64,000 nucleotides of DNA from Paragordius varius (GCA_964247055.1 OZ176058.1:2046001-2110000), one strand, 5' to 3'. Positions 50,588-64,000 are shown, counted from the stretch's first letter. Translations and numbers: made by a program. Notes: generated from the sequence alone by a model not told the origin.

Positions 50588-50877
50588 TATTATATTCATT
50601 CAATGAAATAAAATCCCCCTAACGCTCCACCCTAGGATATATAATTTAAAGATTCAGAGTGCACAAAAAAGAACCATTTTAATGATAAAATGTTCATATT
50701 TTAGCCTCGTATGCCTTTTGAAAAGTATCATTGATTGTAAATGGTAGTAATATATAAATTTTCCTAAATTAATCAATAAATAAATATATTATAGTTTAGA
50801 TAATATTACCCCTCTTTCTCTAGTGGAAAAAAATCCCTGTATATTACTGAATCTTTATATGGATATAAATTTAGGTA

Positions 50878-50996
50878 CAGTAGCGTATGGTAAAAAGGGA
50901 AAAATGTTTGAAATTAAACAATGTTTCCTCCATATTTTAACATTAATTCTGTCTATTTAATAATGGACAAGATTTGTTTGTAACTATACGCTACTG
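50878..50996. mobile_element. ~117-bp MITE (TA TSD), copy 2
   Basis: TA|CAGTAGCGTATGGT...ACTATACGCTACTG|TA. Confidence 0.8.
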
Positions 50997-51806
50997 TAAA
51001 AAATCATATATAAAAAAAATAAAAATTTCATTTCAAATTTTTCAAAATCAATAAATTTAAAAACGAGGGGGATAGATAAATGCCTGATTTGTGGGTTTTA
51101 AAAAATAAAAAATCGTAAAATATACCTCTACTTCTCTGAATATAAGGAATAATAAAATTTTCAAAATTAATAAAATTACGTTTTTATATTCAAAAATAAG
51201 AAATCTATAATTACTAAAATTTAAATCATAAATGAAAAAAAAAACACAGAAAAATGTTTTATCCAGGTGGAAAAATAAGTAAAGAATATATTATTTTATG
51301 TTTTATCTGAAAAAAATATGTCTATACGTAATATATTACATATATATTAATGATAATTAGGTCACACTTTTATACCATCTCTCAAAGAGAATTTGAAAAG
51401 ATAAATAAAAAAAAAATTAATAAATATTGCAAGATTATTTAAAAATTTCAATAAACTTTTTAAACTTTTTTAACTTTAAAAGAATTAATTGCTTCATAAG
51501 GCAGCATTTGCAATTTAAGGTAAGAAGAAAAGAGTTCAACAATACTTAAACATATATATATAAATCACACAGAATAAAATTATAATAAAAAAAGATAATT
51601 TTTAATTTTAAAGTCATATAAAAATATGGATCTTTATTTCGTTTTTTTGAGTTCATTGTCACTTTAACCTTATTTATGGTATAATTTATTTTTCATCAAT
51701 GCATATCAGCTGTTCTGTGACAAAATATTAAATAAATCAAATAAATCCTATTAGAAAAAAATATGCAGACAGGTGTGTTGTATTAGTAAAATATTAACAT
51801 GGTGCA

Positions 51807-51851
<45 letters not shown>

Positions 51852-54800
51852 CAATTTATAAAAAATTAGATTTTTTATAATATATATTAAATTTATTGAA
51901 AAACAGCTAAAAAAATTCGGCATTTTCTAGATGTTAACATCAAAAAAGCTCACAACTGAATAAACAAAAAGCTTAACCTCAAAAAGGGTTAAAAAATTTT
52001 CATTAAAATATCAAACTATAATTAATAATAAAATATTTAAATTTTTTAGATTTTTCAAAAAAATGTGTAATAAAACATATTTCAGATCTAAAATCATTTT
52101 AAATGGTGTGCACGTGACACCAAAACTCGTGATATTGTATAAAAACTAATATTCTCTCAATGAAGCAGTTATTATCATACATTTTAAGTTGAAAAAAAAC
52201 GTTGTATTTAGCGGTGAAATATATGTATTATAAATAAATATAATGTAGGTAACTAGTTTTCTAGGTTAGATACAATACAAATCATCACATGATAGTTTTT
52301 TTAATATATATAAAAAGAAAATATATTCCTGAAACCTAAGATATATAGATATATCATACATTGATTGACTTGATTTATTTGACTGCGCTGTGTGTGCATT
52401 AACCAATTAACCTAAATATCATATTTTTATCGGTTAATAGAAAAGCAATAACTTATTTTTTAACATTAGAGCGATTTGATTTTGGTGATTTTGTAGAAAC
52501 CTGTCGAATAAACTAAAAAAATGTTAGCTAAATTTGATTTGTTTTTAAATTTATATGTTTAGAATTATTTTATCGTTAATATAAATTAGCAAGGAGGAGA
52601 GATGTTAAATGCACTTTGTAGAATCAATCATAAAATTAAATTGTTTTCAGTTAATTGCCTTTCCACATTCATTCTAGAGTGAGTTTCATCAATCTAAATT
52701 TGTTTGTTAATTTACAAACTAAAATATTCTTTAAGTTAGTAAATAAACTGAAAACAATGATACAGTTAAAACGGTATGCATGCATATATATAAGCCAGGA
52801 GGTAAACGATTTAACAAAAAACAAAAAATAATTCTAGCAATATATAATAACTAACTAGGAAAGGAATAACTTCTTTGCACCACACCATGTGGATTTGACT
52901 GTTAAAAATTTGTTAAAAAACTTTTTTTTAGTTTTTAAAAGAAAACACAGCTACGTTAAAGCCTCGTATTTTAATAATAAGAAATAGTGAATGTACCTTC
53001 TTCTACTCTAATAAACCAAAACATAATTATTTCTTTTGATAATCCTCGTTAACAATTATAATATTAAAGCGGAAAAGTTCAAATGTAATCCGTTAAATAG
53101 AAAGCTTTTTTCTCAAAGACAAATCGTTTAACTTAAATTAATTTTTAAATCTTAAAAAACTTTATAATGTTATGTAGTTAAATTTAATTTATATTTAAAA
53201 TAGGTCTTTTTTGCCGATATTGTTTTAAGTATCTATGTTCGTCTGCCTCTCGGTACCATGAACCTTATTTGTGAACTATAATCAATTATTAACAAAGAGC
53301 AGATGATAAACGCAATTTATATTAATCTTGCACAAAAAACGATTACAGTTGAGAATATAGTTTGAAAGCGGTGAAAAAGCCAAATTAATTAATTAATTCA
53401 TATAATTCAGTTCAACGCAATCAATCTAGCATTTATATATTCTAATTTCGCTTCTTTAACGCAATCAAAATATTCTCGACTGTTATTTAACTTATTTATA
53501 GTTAAAATATATTAACACACATAAAAAGAAGATAAACTAATTAATGAGAGGCAAACGGTGTAAAAAGTTAAAACGAGAATATAATTTGACTTAGCAATTA
53601 AATAAACTTGGCTGTATCGATATAACATTATATAATATAAAAAGAGAACATAGGAATCAATCAAAAAAACTTTTGTTAAAAAAATGTGGTTGTAGAGTTA
53701 GGTAATCTAAAAAAATTGACATATTTGGTTAACATGATGATAAAAACATCAATCAATTCTATTGGATTAGCATTACCCAGAAACCTCTAAAGTCAATAAA
53801 TTTCAATTTTAGCGGTTTAAAAAAGTCTAGTAGCCAAAATCCTGAAAAGCAATTTATAAAGTTTGAAAATTGAATATATGAATCATTTGAAACATTTTAA
53901 CGAAAGAATTTAAATTATTTATTTTATAATCATCTTATTTTTATTAAAATGATGTAATTAAATTATTATATGGAAAGAATATTCTTATTTATTTATATAT
54001 TTAAAAAAACAAAGAGAGAAAATGAAAAAAAAACCTAAATAAAGTGCATTTACCTTAAAAAACGCGTAATATATTAAATGCAACCTACTTTCGCATCTTT
54101 CTTACTTAGCTTCGTATTTTTAACATTATGAAAAATCTTTTTCGATATATAAACATCTTATATGAACCATATATATTATATATCATCATAACTAACTAAA
54201 ACAGATAATAAAGTTTGGGTAAATAATAAATATTGCTTAAATCCAACGTATCTTCACAGAATATAAAATTAATTTAATCAAAAATTTAAATGCACAAAGC
54301 ATCAATAAAAAATATATATGTCCTAGTTTTAAAAATTATAAAAAAATGAATTTAAGAAAGTTATATATTTAAAAAATATATATTTTTTCAACTTATATAT
54401 ATTTAAATCATTTATAAGTACCCCAAAAAAATTTTTACGTTTTTTTACGTTTAAGCCATGTGGAATGTTGAATTGGTCCTCGAAAAGTGTATATTTTACC
54501 AAAACCATGTGTTAATTATATTTAGATTTTTTAACTTAAATTTTAATTATAATGTAGCCTGCTGATTGATAAAAAACAAAAATAAGATTTGGTATGCCTA
54601 ATTTACCCATCATATAAAAGGGGATAATTTAATTTTCTACAATCTGATTAACAGAATAGAAATTATGTAAAAATTTGACGGGCCTATGCGTGTTAATGAT
54701 AATGTATTATTACCATTGTAAAAATTTGCAACTTAGTCCAAAATTGATATTATTGCTTTACACTGCGTCTAAAATCGTGGGTAAAAAACTGGTAAAAATA

Positions 54801-55028
54801 TATAATATTTACTATGGTATTTTTAGTATTTACGAATCATTGTTATTAGTGTGGTAAGTGCCATATATCAGAGAAAAATATGCACCTATTTTTGGATTTT
54901 TTTGATAAAAGCTAGCTTCCCTCAAAAATACGCTTTTATCAAAATATTACAATAAAAAGCAAAGTAATATTTCTAAAAATTTTAAATTTTTAGATGTGTT
55001 CCCCGAAAGCTCCAAAATATTGTCATAA

Positions 55029-55595
55029 CACTTCGATTCAAATTGGGGTATCTAAATACCCCAGGCTAAATTTATATTTTTAAAAAACTACTGAAGGAAA
55101 CGATCCCAATTTTAATTTATGCTTCCATCCTAACAAGAATTATATAAATATGCCAAAATATCTTGATAAAATATTGTTTTGAAAAAAAAGTGTCATCTCA
55201 AACTACTTCGACGCCATTTTTATTTTACAAAATTTGTGCAAAATATCGTCTTCATTTAAATTTAAGGGTAAAACTAAGCTAATTTTTTATATAGTTTACA
55301 TCTAACATTGATAAAAATAGAATAACGCGGTTATTTTGTATTATTTTTCACTTTTACCCACACATGTTACGTTGACCAAATTTTTACCTTTCGGTTTCAG
55401 CTTTAAAAAAGTATTATAAAGTATTTTTGAAAATTTTTTTTATATATTTCGGTTTACTAATGTTATGTAAGTGCAATTTGCCATGGTTTCGATTCCTTCC
55501 ATACTTTTTAAGGTATTTGATTTTAAACTGGCCTGGGGTATCCATCCACCCCAATTTGAATCGAAGGACTAAAATGAGTGTGTTGTGTCCAAGTG
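55029..55595. mobile_element. piggyBac-like MITE, full length (567 bp)
   Basis: ATAA|CACTTCGATTCAAATTGGGGTA...CCCCAATTTGAATCGAAGG...CCAAGTG|TTAT. Inverted subterminal TTCGATTCAAATTGGGG. Superfamily inferred only from TTAA-like flanks. Confidence 0.7.
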
Positions 55596-58500
55596 TTATA
55601 AAGGCTAATTCTCTTTAAATTCTAAAAGTCCTACAGTTGTCAATTTTTTTTAATTATGTTAGATTTTAATAAAAACTAAAAATATATTTAAAAATAAATA
55701 AATTTTCCAAAATTTAATTTTTAGCAAAATTTGAGGCATTTATATTATTTTGAGGCAAGATGGAAACGCTATAAAAACGTCTTAATTATTATACAAACAC
55801 TCTTTCTGCAGTTTCAGAGTTTATTTCGTTCTAAATATTGGTAAATTCTTGTGAAAAACAACTTGAGTTTATTGACGACCGAATATTTAATCATAATTAT
55901 GTGACTTAGAAACGTTTTATCCTCTTAAAAGATATTTTTAAAATATTTTTTATTCTCACTATTATGCCTCATATATAAAGTACGCTTCAAAATTACTTGA
56001 AATGGATTAATAAAAATTCTTTTAGAGATTTAGCATATATTTAAAATTTTTATTCGGTTTTTTGATACAACCAGCCCATTTTAGAAAAGCTAAGATTTGA
56101 GACTTTTGGAGCCCACATCTAGAAATTTTGTATTTTACATGAAATTATAGGATATTTTAGTAATATTTTTTGTTATGGAGCATTAAGCTTTTACCAAAAA
56201 AAATTAGCTAAAAAAGTGCTCAAATTTTGCCATTTTTGAGATATAGAGAACTTAATAAAATGTAAATAACTATCCTAAATCATCCGTAAGTGTTACAATA
56301 CCATCAGGTAATGCTAATAATTTCCTTTTCGAAATAATATATTTTTTATATTTTTTATTTACCCCGATAACTGACGCGTAATATGATAAAGGATTTACTC
56401 TTAAAGACAACACACTCATTTCAGTCCTTAGATTCTAATTGGGGTAGTTGGATGACCCAGTGTTTAAAATAAAATAATTAAAAAATTAGGAAATTATAAA
56501 ACCATGCCATAGGTTTAAATTTATAAAACATTAATAAACCTCCAAAAAAATTTATTCTATTGAGAGCTAAAATTCTAAGGTAAAAATTTTGAAAACCATC
56601 ATGTGTACATAAGTTAAATATATAAATATGCAAAATACTCCTTATTTTCTTATGTCAATGTATGTTTGATTACACAAAAAAGTAAACTTAAATTTAGGCT
56701 TAGGTTCAAATAATCATGATATTTAAAATGTGTAAAATAAAATGGAGCACAAGTATTTTGATACAGAAATTTTTTCCAAATTAAATTATTTAGATATGGA
56801 TTATTATTAATTTTTATTAACATACGCATAAATTTAAATTTAAACCTTTTCTTTCAGTAGTTTTTTAAATATATTAATTTTAGTGTGGCGTATTTATATA
56901 ATCGAATTTAAATCAAAGTGTTTGACAAATATTGATAATACTACTTAGTAAATTTTCAGGCTTGACATATATCATAAATTAATGCGTCATAAACGTTTTT
57001 TCAGTCGATAAATTAAAAATAATTTTCTTCATTAAGGGTAGAATCTAATGTTTTTATAGAAAGTTGTGGCAAAAGCAATTAAAGACACAAAAATATCTAC
57101 TAAGAAAAGTTTTATATACACCGTGTCCAAAATACCGGAGTATGATTATATTTTCTGACAGATAAATAAATGGTTTATATATGGTTGGTTTTGGTTACGC
57201 GTGATATAAAAAAGTTAGAGTAAATTATGGATATCTTAAAATAGCACATTATGTGTGATAAAAACTTTTGTAAAATCTTAATGTTCTTTTTAAAAAGTAC
57301 CATAATATATTTTATTAAATATTATATTTTAACACCAAAACAAATTTTTATAAATTTTTAATTTTTATATGTGAGGCTTAAAATCTCCAATTTTTGCCCC
57401 TTCAAAAATAAGTTAGATTGTAAAATAGCAATAATGCCGAGATTTCGCGATATGTTTTAATATATGAGTATTTTTGAAAAAATGCATACATTGTTTGAAA
57501 GTTTAATCTTTAGCAAATATTGAAGCTACTTCACACTATTTTAGGCTTGTGTATATTGCTAATATAACGTTAATATTGTAAGAAGCCTCTTACATAATTT
57601 GATGAGGCAGAATTCTATTACAACAGATTTTAATTGAAACATTTGTTCGTCTTTTATGCCAATACTCAATTACTTTGGGGTAGTTTTGTATCATGAAGTG
57701 ATTTGATATTTGAATATATTAAAAAGTAATCAAGGCATTACCAAATTTAAGATCTGCTTTATTTAGGCTTTTATATAATTTTTTTTTAAAAAATCCAAAA
57801 TGGTAAAAACCACATTTCAAACCTTTCTGCCCCTATTATTTATCTATAAATGTTTTTAAATGGCTAATGCAAAAGGCAAATAAATGTATATTCTATTTAA
57901 AAACTGTAAATAATTATGTTCAAAAGTTTTCATGCTATATTTTACCATCAAAACTTAATATATTTTGATATTATCAGCTGATTGTTACAATCATGTTTTG
58001 GAGCTGTCCCAATTTTTTATAGAAGTCACAAAACTGTGGAAAATATAAACTTTTTTATAACACATGAGAACAATGTTTAATAATTAATTTTTATCTAAAT
58101 TAACTTTCAAAACTGTGGTTTATTTACAAAAATGAGCTCTGGGATACAAAACTACCCCAATGTGAATCTAGGAAAAAAACAAAAAGGTATTTAAATTACT
58201 AAATAGAAATTGTTTTTACCCCAATTAAGCAAACGAACTTTTAAATTAAAACTCTGATTAGAATTATTCGGCATCATCAAATTATATAGAAATATATATA
58301 TAAATATAATTAAAGTATTTTTATACCGGTTCCACTTAGCTTCGAAGCTCCTTATAATTTTGTTATTAAAAAAAATTAATATTTAAAATATTTATGGTGC
58401 AATGGCCTGGCCCTTCTCCTTAATTAAAAAACTTGCCTGTTTTCGACAAGTCAGCCTTTGATAAAAAATTAATATTTAGCAAAGTCAAAGAACTAGTATC

Positions 58501-59899
58501 GGAAGTGATGATTCAAATGAACAAGTAAAATTTTATATTTTGCAAGTGTGTTTGAGTTTAACATATTTGCATTATTTATTTCAGTTTGTTTTTAAAAATA
58601 AATAGTATTTGAATTTTTGTTGCGAAAAAAACTACACATTATTCAAATAATAGGAGGTTTCATAAAAACACTATATGTTTTATCATGCAACAAGTTTTTG
58701 GGGCGATTGTTGAAACTTGAAGGGACTATCCAATTAATATCATCTATAAATTATTACATATTAATTATTTAAATGAAATAAAAATTATAAATAAAGATAA
58801 AAAGCACTACAGTAAAATTGAAATTATAAGGACACAAAAAGTAAAAATAAAAAGATTAATATTACTATTTTTTCAAAGAACAAGCTGATATTACATCATA
58901 TCATTCTAAAACATACTGATTCAGCCTAATACATAAATCAATACCTTTTTATACCAGGTTTTTATATATTATTTAATCAAAGTGTGAAATAGACACATAA
59001 TTACTTATACAATCAATTCTATATTTACAATTGTAATTAAAAAGCTTATTTGGAAATAATTCATAAAAGTATGGTTATCTTTTAGATAAAATATTTGTTA
59101 TATTTTTACGTTCAATTTTTACTGTGGAAGACAAATATTTTTTAAAAATGACTGTCCTACTTTTTGATTAAAGAGATTCAGATATAAATTGGTAACTCAC
59201 CTAATGATTTAAATTTTAATCATAGGTGATGCATTTGAAGGGTTAAAAAATGTGATCTTTTAGAAAAAAATATTTGTCTTTATATTTATACACTTTGTCT
59301 CTATAATTTCAATTTTATTGTACTTTGTAAAACCAAATATATTTTATTTTTCCTAGAGGTATAGAACTCTTAAAATTATATACTTTATTACTATTTGGGG
59401 TAATTTTTTACCGCACAATGATTTAATATTCGAATATCTTAAAATGTCTTAAGATATTAGGCCTAATTTAAAGTTACGGATTTTTTAGCCATTTAAACGG
59501 ATGATTTACAAGTAAAAACCGAAATTATATTATGGACAAAACGTAAAAATCAAAAGACAAATATTTTTTTTCAAAAGACAACCAAACTTTTTAATACTTT
59601 AATTTTTGCTATATAAAGTAGGTAATTACAATAGTAAACTACTTACTTGATTGCGCTTGCACTTTAAAACAATCAGTCATATAAAAAAAATCAAGATTCA
59701 AATATATGGTTGTCTTATAGAAAATAACATTTATCTTTATATTTTTACGTTTTGTCCGTATAATTTAAGTTTTTTTTGTAAAGATATATTTTATAAAAAA
59801 TGTAAATTTTTATACATTTCTAACATGTTGGCGGCCATTTTTTTTGAATTTTATCTAAGCCGCTAATCCAAAGGTAAATAAATGTATATAGTCAGAATA

Positions 59900-62881
59900 C
59901 ACTAGTCAACAAGGTTTTGCACCACCCCATATTTTTGTATTTTCAGATACCTAATATGATGGAAAGGCCAAAACAAAAAAAAATTTTGAGGCCACCAATA
60001 GGAATTTTCCAAAATTTAATTTTCAAATTTGTATTTAATTTAAAAAAAAACAATCATTCCTCGTGTACATATGTTTAAATATTCAAACGAGCAAGTCGAT
60101 ACAAGTAATATTCCAGAGCCAGGTATTTTCATTATAATTTTAGTACGAAAATGCAAAAATGATCCAAATAAATTTTGCATCTGTTGTGGTAAATATATAT
60201 TTAAGAACAATAACTCGCGGAATATTGATGTTATTACTGGAAAACTTTTTACAAAATATTTTGATACCAAAATTGATAATGACAGAGCATGGGCCCCCCA
60301 AAAAATATGCGACGCATGCCGAATCCTTTTGCACGGTTGGAAGAATCATAAAAATATAATGCCATTTTCCGTACCCATGATATGGCGTATCCCATCAAAT
60401 CATGATCAAGGTTCCCATAACATATATTTTAGAGTGCTATTTTTGTCTTTTTGATCATTTCAAAGCTTTTCGAGCAAAGCGATATAAAAAACCAATTGTT
60501 TACCCCGATGTACCTACCGCTATCAAACCAGTACCAAATGATCCAAATATACCAGCCCCAATATACGATGCCACAGATGATATTTTTATTGACGAAGACT
60601 CTACAGAAAATGTTATTGATGATCCATTAAATAAAACTTTATCTGAAAATGCCGTTGATCTTTATATTAAAAAATATAAACTGCCTAAAAATGCTGCTGA
60701 AGGGTTATTATCTCTTTTGCATGAGACAAACGTTATATCAAGCGGGAACGTTACTCGACATAGAAATAGACAATCGAAAATTTCTAAATTTTTTACGGAA
60801 CTTGATAAAATTATCCACTGCAATGATATAAAAGGATTAATGGAGGAGCTTAATACTTCCTACAATCCTGAAGATTGGGCTCTTTTCGTGGATAGCAATA
60901 TGGTTTTACTCTTATATATAATATTTAAAAGCTGAGTTTGAAGATGATATTACTCCATAAAACTAATGCCAAGAAACCAGTGGTTATTGTATATGGCCGA
61001 AAATGTAAAGAATCTTACCAAGTTTTTAAAGATACACTGGAAAAAATATCTTACAAAACTCATGGTTGGAATGTTGTGGGTGATTTTAAAGTAAAATCCG
61101 TGATATATTTTAGGTTTTATTAATGCTGGCAGGTCTTCAGGGTGGATTCCCTAAATACCACTGCTTGTTCTGTCTATGGAATAGCAGAATGAGGCACCAG
61201 CATTATGTAAAGAAGGGCTGGGGTGCTCGAAGTTATCTGATTGGAAATTTCAATCAAATTTTGGAGCCCCTTATAAATATTGAAAAAATATACATCCCTC
61301 CTCTGCATATATTGCTGGGAATTTTTTCAATATTTATAAAGAATCTTGAAAAAGATTCGGAGTCTTTTATTTATTTTCACAACCATTATAATCTCAGCAA
61401 AGCCAAAGATGAGGCTGGGGTTGCTAATGGCCCATTAATCAAAAATTTTTTTGAAGATAAATCTTTTTTAAACTTATTATCTATAAAAGAAAAAAAGGCT
61501 TTTGAAGCTTTAAAAAAATTCAACAGTGGTTTTTTAGGTATAATATATTTTTAAATATTAGGTTCACATAAGTCAGAAAATTATAAAATATTAGCTCAGG
61601 AGCTTGTAGAGAGTTTTCATCGGATGGGTATATTATTTCATAAAATGTAGGCTGTAATATGACCATGAAGCTACACGTAATACATGAACATATCGAAAAA
61701 TTCCCGCTCAATAACATTAGCGATCAAGTAGGCGAGCGTATGCATCAAGATATAAAAAGATTTGAAGCCAGATACAAGGCCCGAAATAATATTAACATGA
61801 TATCTGATTTTATTTGGAATTTTAATGCTATATAATTATTATTTTAATTACATACAATAAATAAATATTCATTTTATTTGATATATTATTAAAAATTTAT
61901 AGTTAAAAAGAAAATTTATATATAGATAATAATTTTAATATCTATTTATACAATTTTTTGTAAAGTACCTATATCCGAATAAATGGATATATAGTAATCA
62001 ACACAAAATTTGTACAAAAAATTTATTTGCATGAATAACAAAAGTCTAGGCATTAAATAAGATACTAAACAAGCTAAGAGCCATAGAATTAAAAATCTAA
62101 AAGGGCTTATGTATAGAGCTTTGCATATCCCCAAGCGATCCTATAATTATGCCACATATGGCAAAGATAACAATAAGTAAAATTGACATGTCAAATTACC
62201 AATTCACAGAATAAAGTTTGATAAATTCTACAATTAAATCGAATAAATAGATTAGGTAAATACAAATGGTCCAATTCCATCACAGTAAATTCTACTAAAA
62301 GTGGCTACACAACATCCATCTGAAATTCAAAAATAAAACAACCAATAAATTTAAAAAATACAGTATATCCCCTAGGAAAAAATAAAGGATTTTTTGTAAG
62401 AATCAACTCAAAAGTAAAGCCTAATAACTACTCGAAAGAACGAAAAATAACAAAAAAAATATAGCCTATCTAAAAGCCGAAGGTTTAAACCATGGAATGC
62501 CTTTTTTAGTATTTTTTTAAAAATTTTTTATACGTATTAAAAATTCACTTGAAGGAAAAAGGCGGAATTTTGGCGTTTAAGTCCGTACTATTTTTTTCTC
62601 TCTGATATTTAAATGACATATTTATATTCAAAAGATAGAGTTTAAAACGCTTTATTAAATGATATTAAGTTTATAATATAATAACATTTTATTATAAAGT
62701 TATTTTCGATTTTCTCTCGATTTTCTCTTGTTTTTGAAAAATTGAAAAACCTATAATATTTCAAAATCCTGATTGGCGGGATCAAAAAATTTTTCAGATT
62801 CGGTTTTAGAACACTGAAATCAGTCATAATTTAAAATTTTGAGTGGTGGTGCTCGAAAATGTCCAAATTTGTCGACTAGTG
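59900..62881 (+). mobile_element. Chapaev3-like (CMC group) DNA transposon, apparently full-length and autonomous
   Basis: ATA|CACTAGTCAACAA...TTGTCGACTAGTG|ATA (12/13-bp TIR match, 3-bp TSD). Subterminal GCACCACC at both ends. Encodes a complete transposase. Confidence 0.88.
60071..61835 (+). CDS. Chapaev3-type DDE transposase, 540 aa, 7 exons with six 21-29-nt introns
   Basis: join(60071..60122,60144..60410,60433..60902,60932..61090,61114..61537,61562..61627,61651..61835) = 1623 nt, open throughout. N-terminal Cys-rich CKNDPNKFCICCG...WAPQKICDAC...NHDQECYFC. Core WALFVDSNMLSLKMILLH, WNVVGDFKVLLMLAGLQGGFPKYHCLFCLWNSR, PPLHILLG, FLGSHK, MGCNMTMKLH, SDQVGERMHQDI. Confidence 0.88.
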
Positions 62882-63056
62882 ATATGTAAATAACTAACTT
62901 AAGAGAGATTTAAACTACATAGTATCAGCAAATTATTGATGTTTGAATATTTTAAGATCAGATGTTTATAATAATCGGTTTTTGCTTTCCAAATTTTAGA
63001 CTCTATTAAAAAACTTTAAAAATATAGTTTTTTATCTAATTCAGGAGAACAATGCT

Positions 63057-63058
<2 letters not shown>

Positions 63059-63098
<40 letters not shown>
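63059..63098. repeat. (TA)n microsatellite, exemplar
   Basis: Other (TA)n runs near 20818, 21718, 32860, 36845, 37840 and 51812. Confidence 0.9.
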
Positions 63099-63102
<4 letters not shown>

Positions 63103-64000
63103 TCAAAACTTAAATCAATTTGAAATTAAGCTTGGGTAAAAATTAACCCAAAGTGGAATAGCCTACAAAAAGGGTAATAAATTCATAAAAAAAATTTAGA
63201 AAATATTTAAAAAATATCAAAACTCGGCGGTTTTAAAATTATTTTGAAGGAAATTACTTATAACGGATGCCGGTTTACATGAAATTTCCACACCCCCAAA
63301 AAAATGTGTTAGCACAAGAATAATAAATAGACAATTCAATTTCATAGTTTTAAGCACCATACTTTAGAATAATTTTAAAGTTTTTTAATTTTTTTAAACT
63401 AAAAAAGCAAAAAAAAAATAAATATTTGACAAAAACTGTGTCACATCTATAACAATGCGGACGGCAGGCTAGGTTATATTGCTTTTTTTATAACCAAAAA
63501 ATGTGCAGTAAAAATGAAATTATACGGACAAAATGTACAAATATAAAGACCTTATAAATGTAAATTTTTTAAAAATAACTCATTTTTTAAATATTAAACT
63601 CTAAGATAGAGCTATTAAGACTAACACAATCAATTTTTTATTTTACAATTCTAACTAAATAGCTTATATAAGAAAAATTAAGGTTTTAAAAAGTATGGGG
63701 TTGTCTTTTGGAAAAAAATATTTGTCTTTCGTTTTATCCGTATAATTTCAATTTTCACTGTAATAAATGAACATTTGACGAGCATTTTAAATCTGAACAA
63801 AAACAAAATTGAGTTTTAACTTTGGACAATATAATAATTAAGTTACTTATTAGTAAATGGCTTCGCGGGCCGCATTTTAAATACATGGTATTCAATTTCA
63901 TTAGATTCCAAACATATTGACTATAAAATGCACAATACAATACAATAATTTTTTTCTAGTTCGTTAACACACCAGTTAAATAGACGACTACAGAAAATTT

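Noticed and set aside
52851-52898. Possible terminal exon SNPHGVVQRSYSFPS* (minus strand) after an AG
   Set aside because: No compatible upstream exons or homology found. A second host gene in 50-59 kb cannot be supported or excluded by eye.
60071-61835. Transposase as an ordinary frameshifted pseudogene
   Set aside because: All five frame breaks or stops fall in GT-AG-bounded segments whose removal restores motifs without gaps. No exonic stop remains.
31014-61835. Ciliate origin or TAA/TAG=Gln code, suggested by micro-introns and AT bias
   Set aside because: STX8 and the transposase both end at TAA and have no in-frame TAA/TAG in exons. The host gene has long introns and animal-like structure.

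Overview
Very AT-rich (about 20-25% GC by eye) eukaryotic, probably animal, DNA. No prokaryotic features, rRNA, tRNA or CRISPR arrays were seen. One host gene can be fully rebuilt by hand: an 8-exon syntaxin-8-like Qc-SNARE on the minus strand (31014-39477, 373 aa). It has canonical GT-AG introns of 60-2879 nt and a large Asn-rich expansion of the Habc-SNARE linker. The rest is mostly transposon-derived: Chapaev3-type CAC...GTG elements with 3-bp TSDs, a hAT/Buster relic with an 8-bp TSD, non-autonomous Helitrons, mariner and RTE relics, and at least four MITE families, often nested. The highlight is a 2982-bp Chapaev3-like transposon (59900-62881). The ORF track shows its transposase as fragments, but it becomes one uninterrupted 540-aa ORF after removing six GT-AG micro-introns of only 21-29 nt, far shorter than any intron in the neighbouring host gene. 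All alignments and family assignments were made by eye and from recalled consensus motifs; no searches were run.
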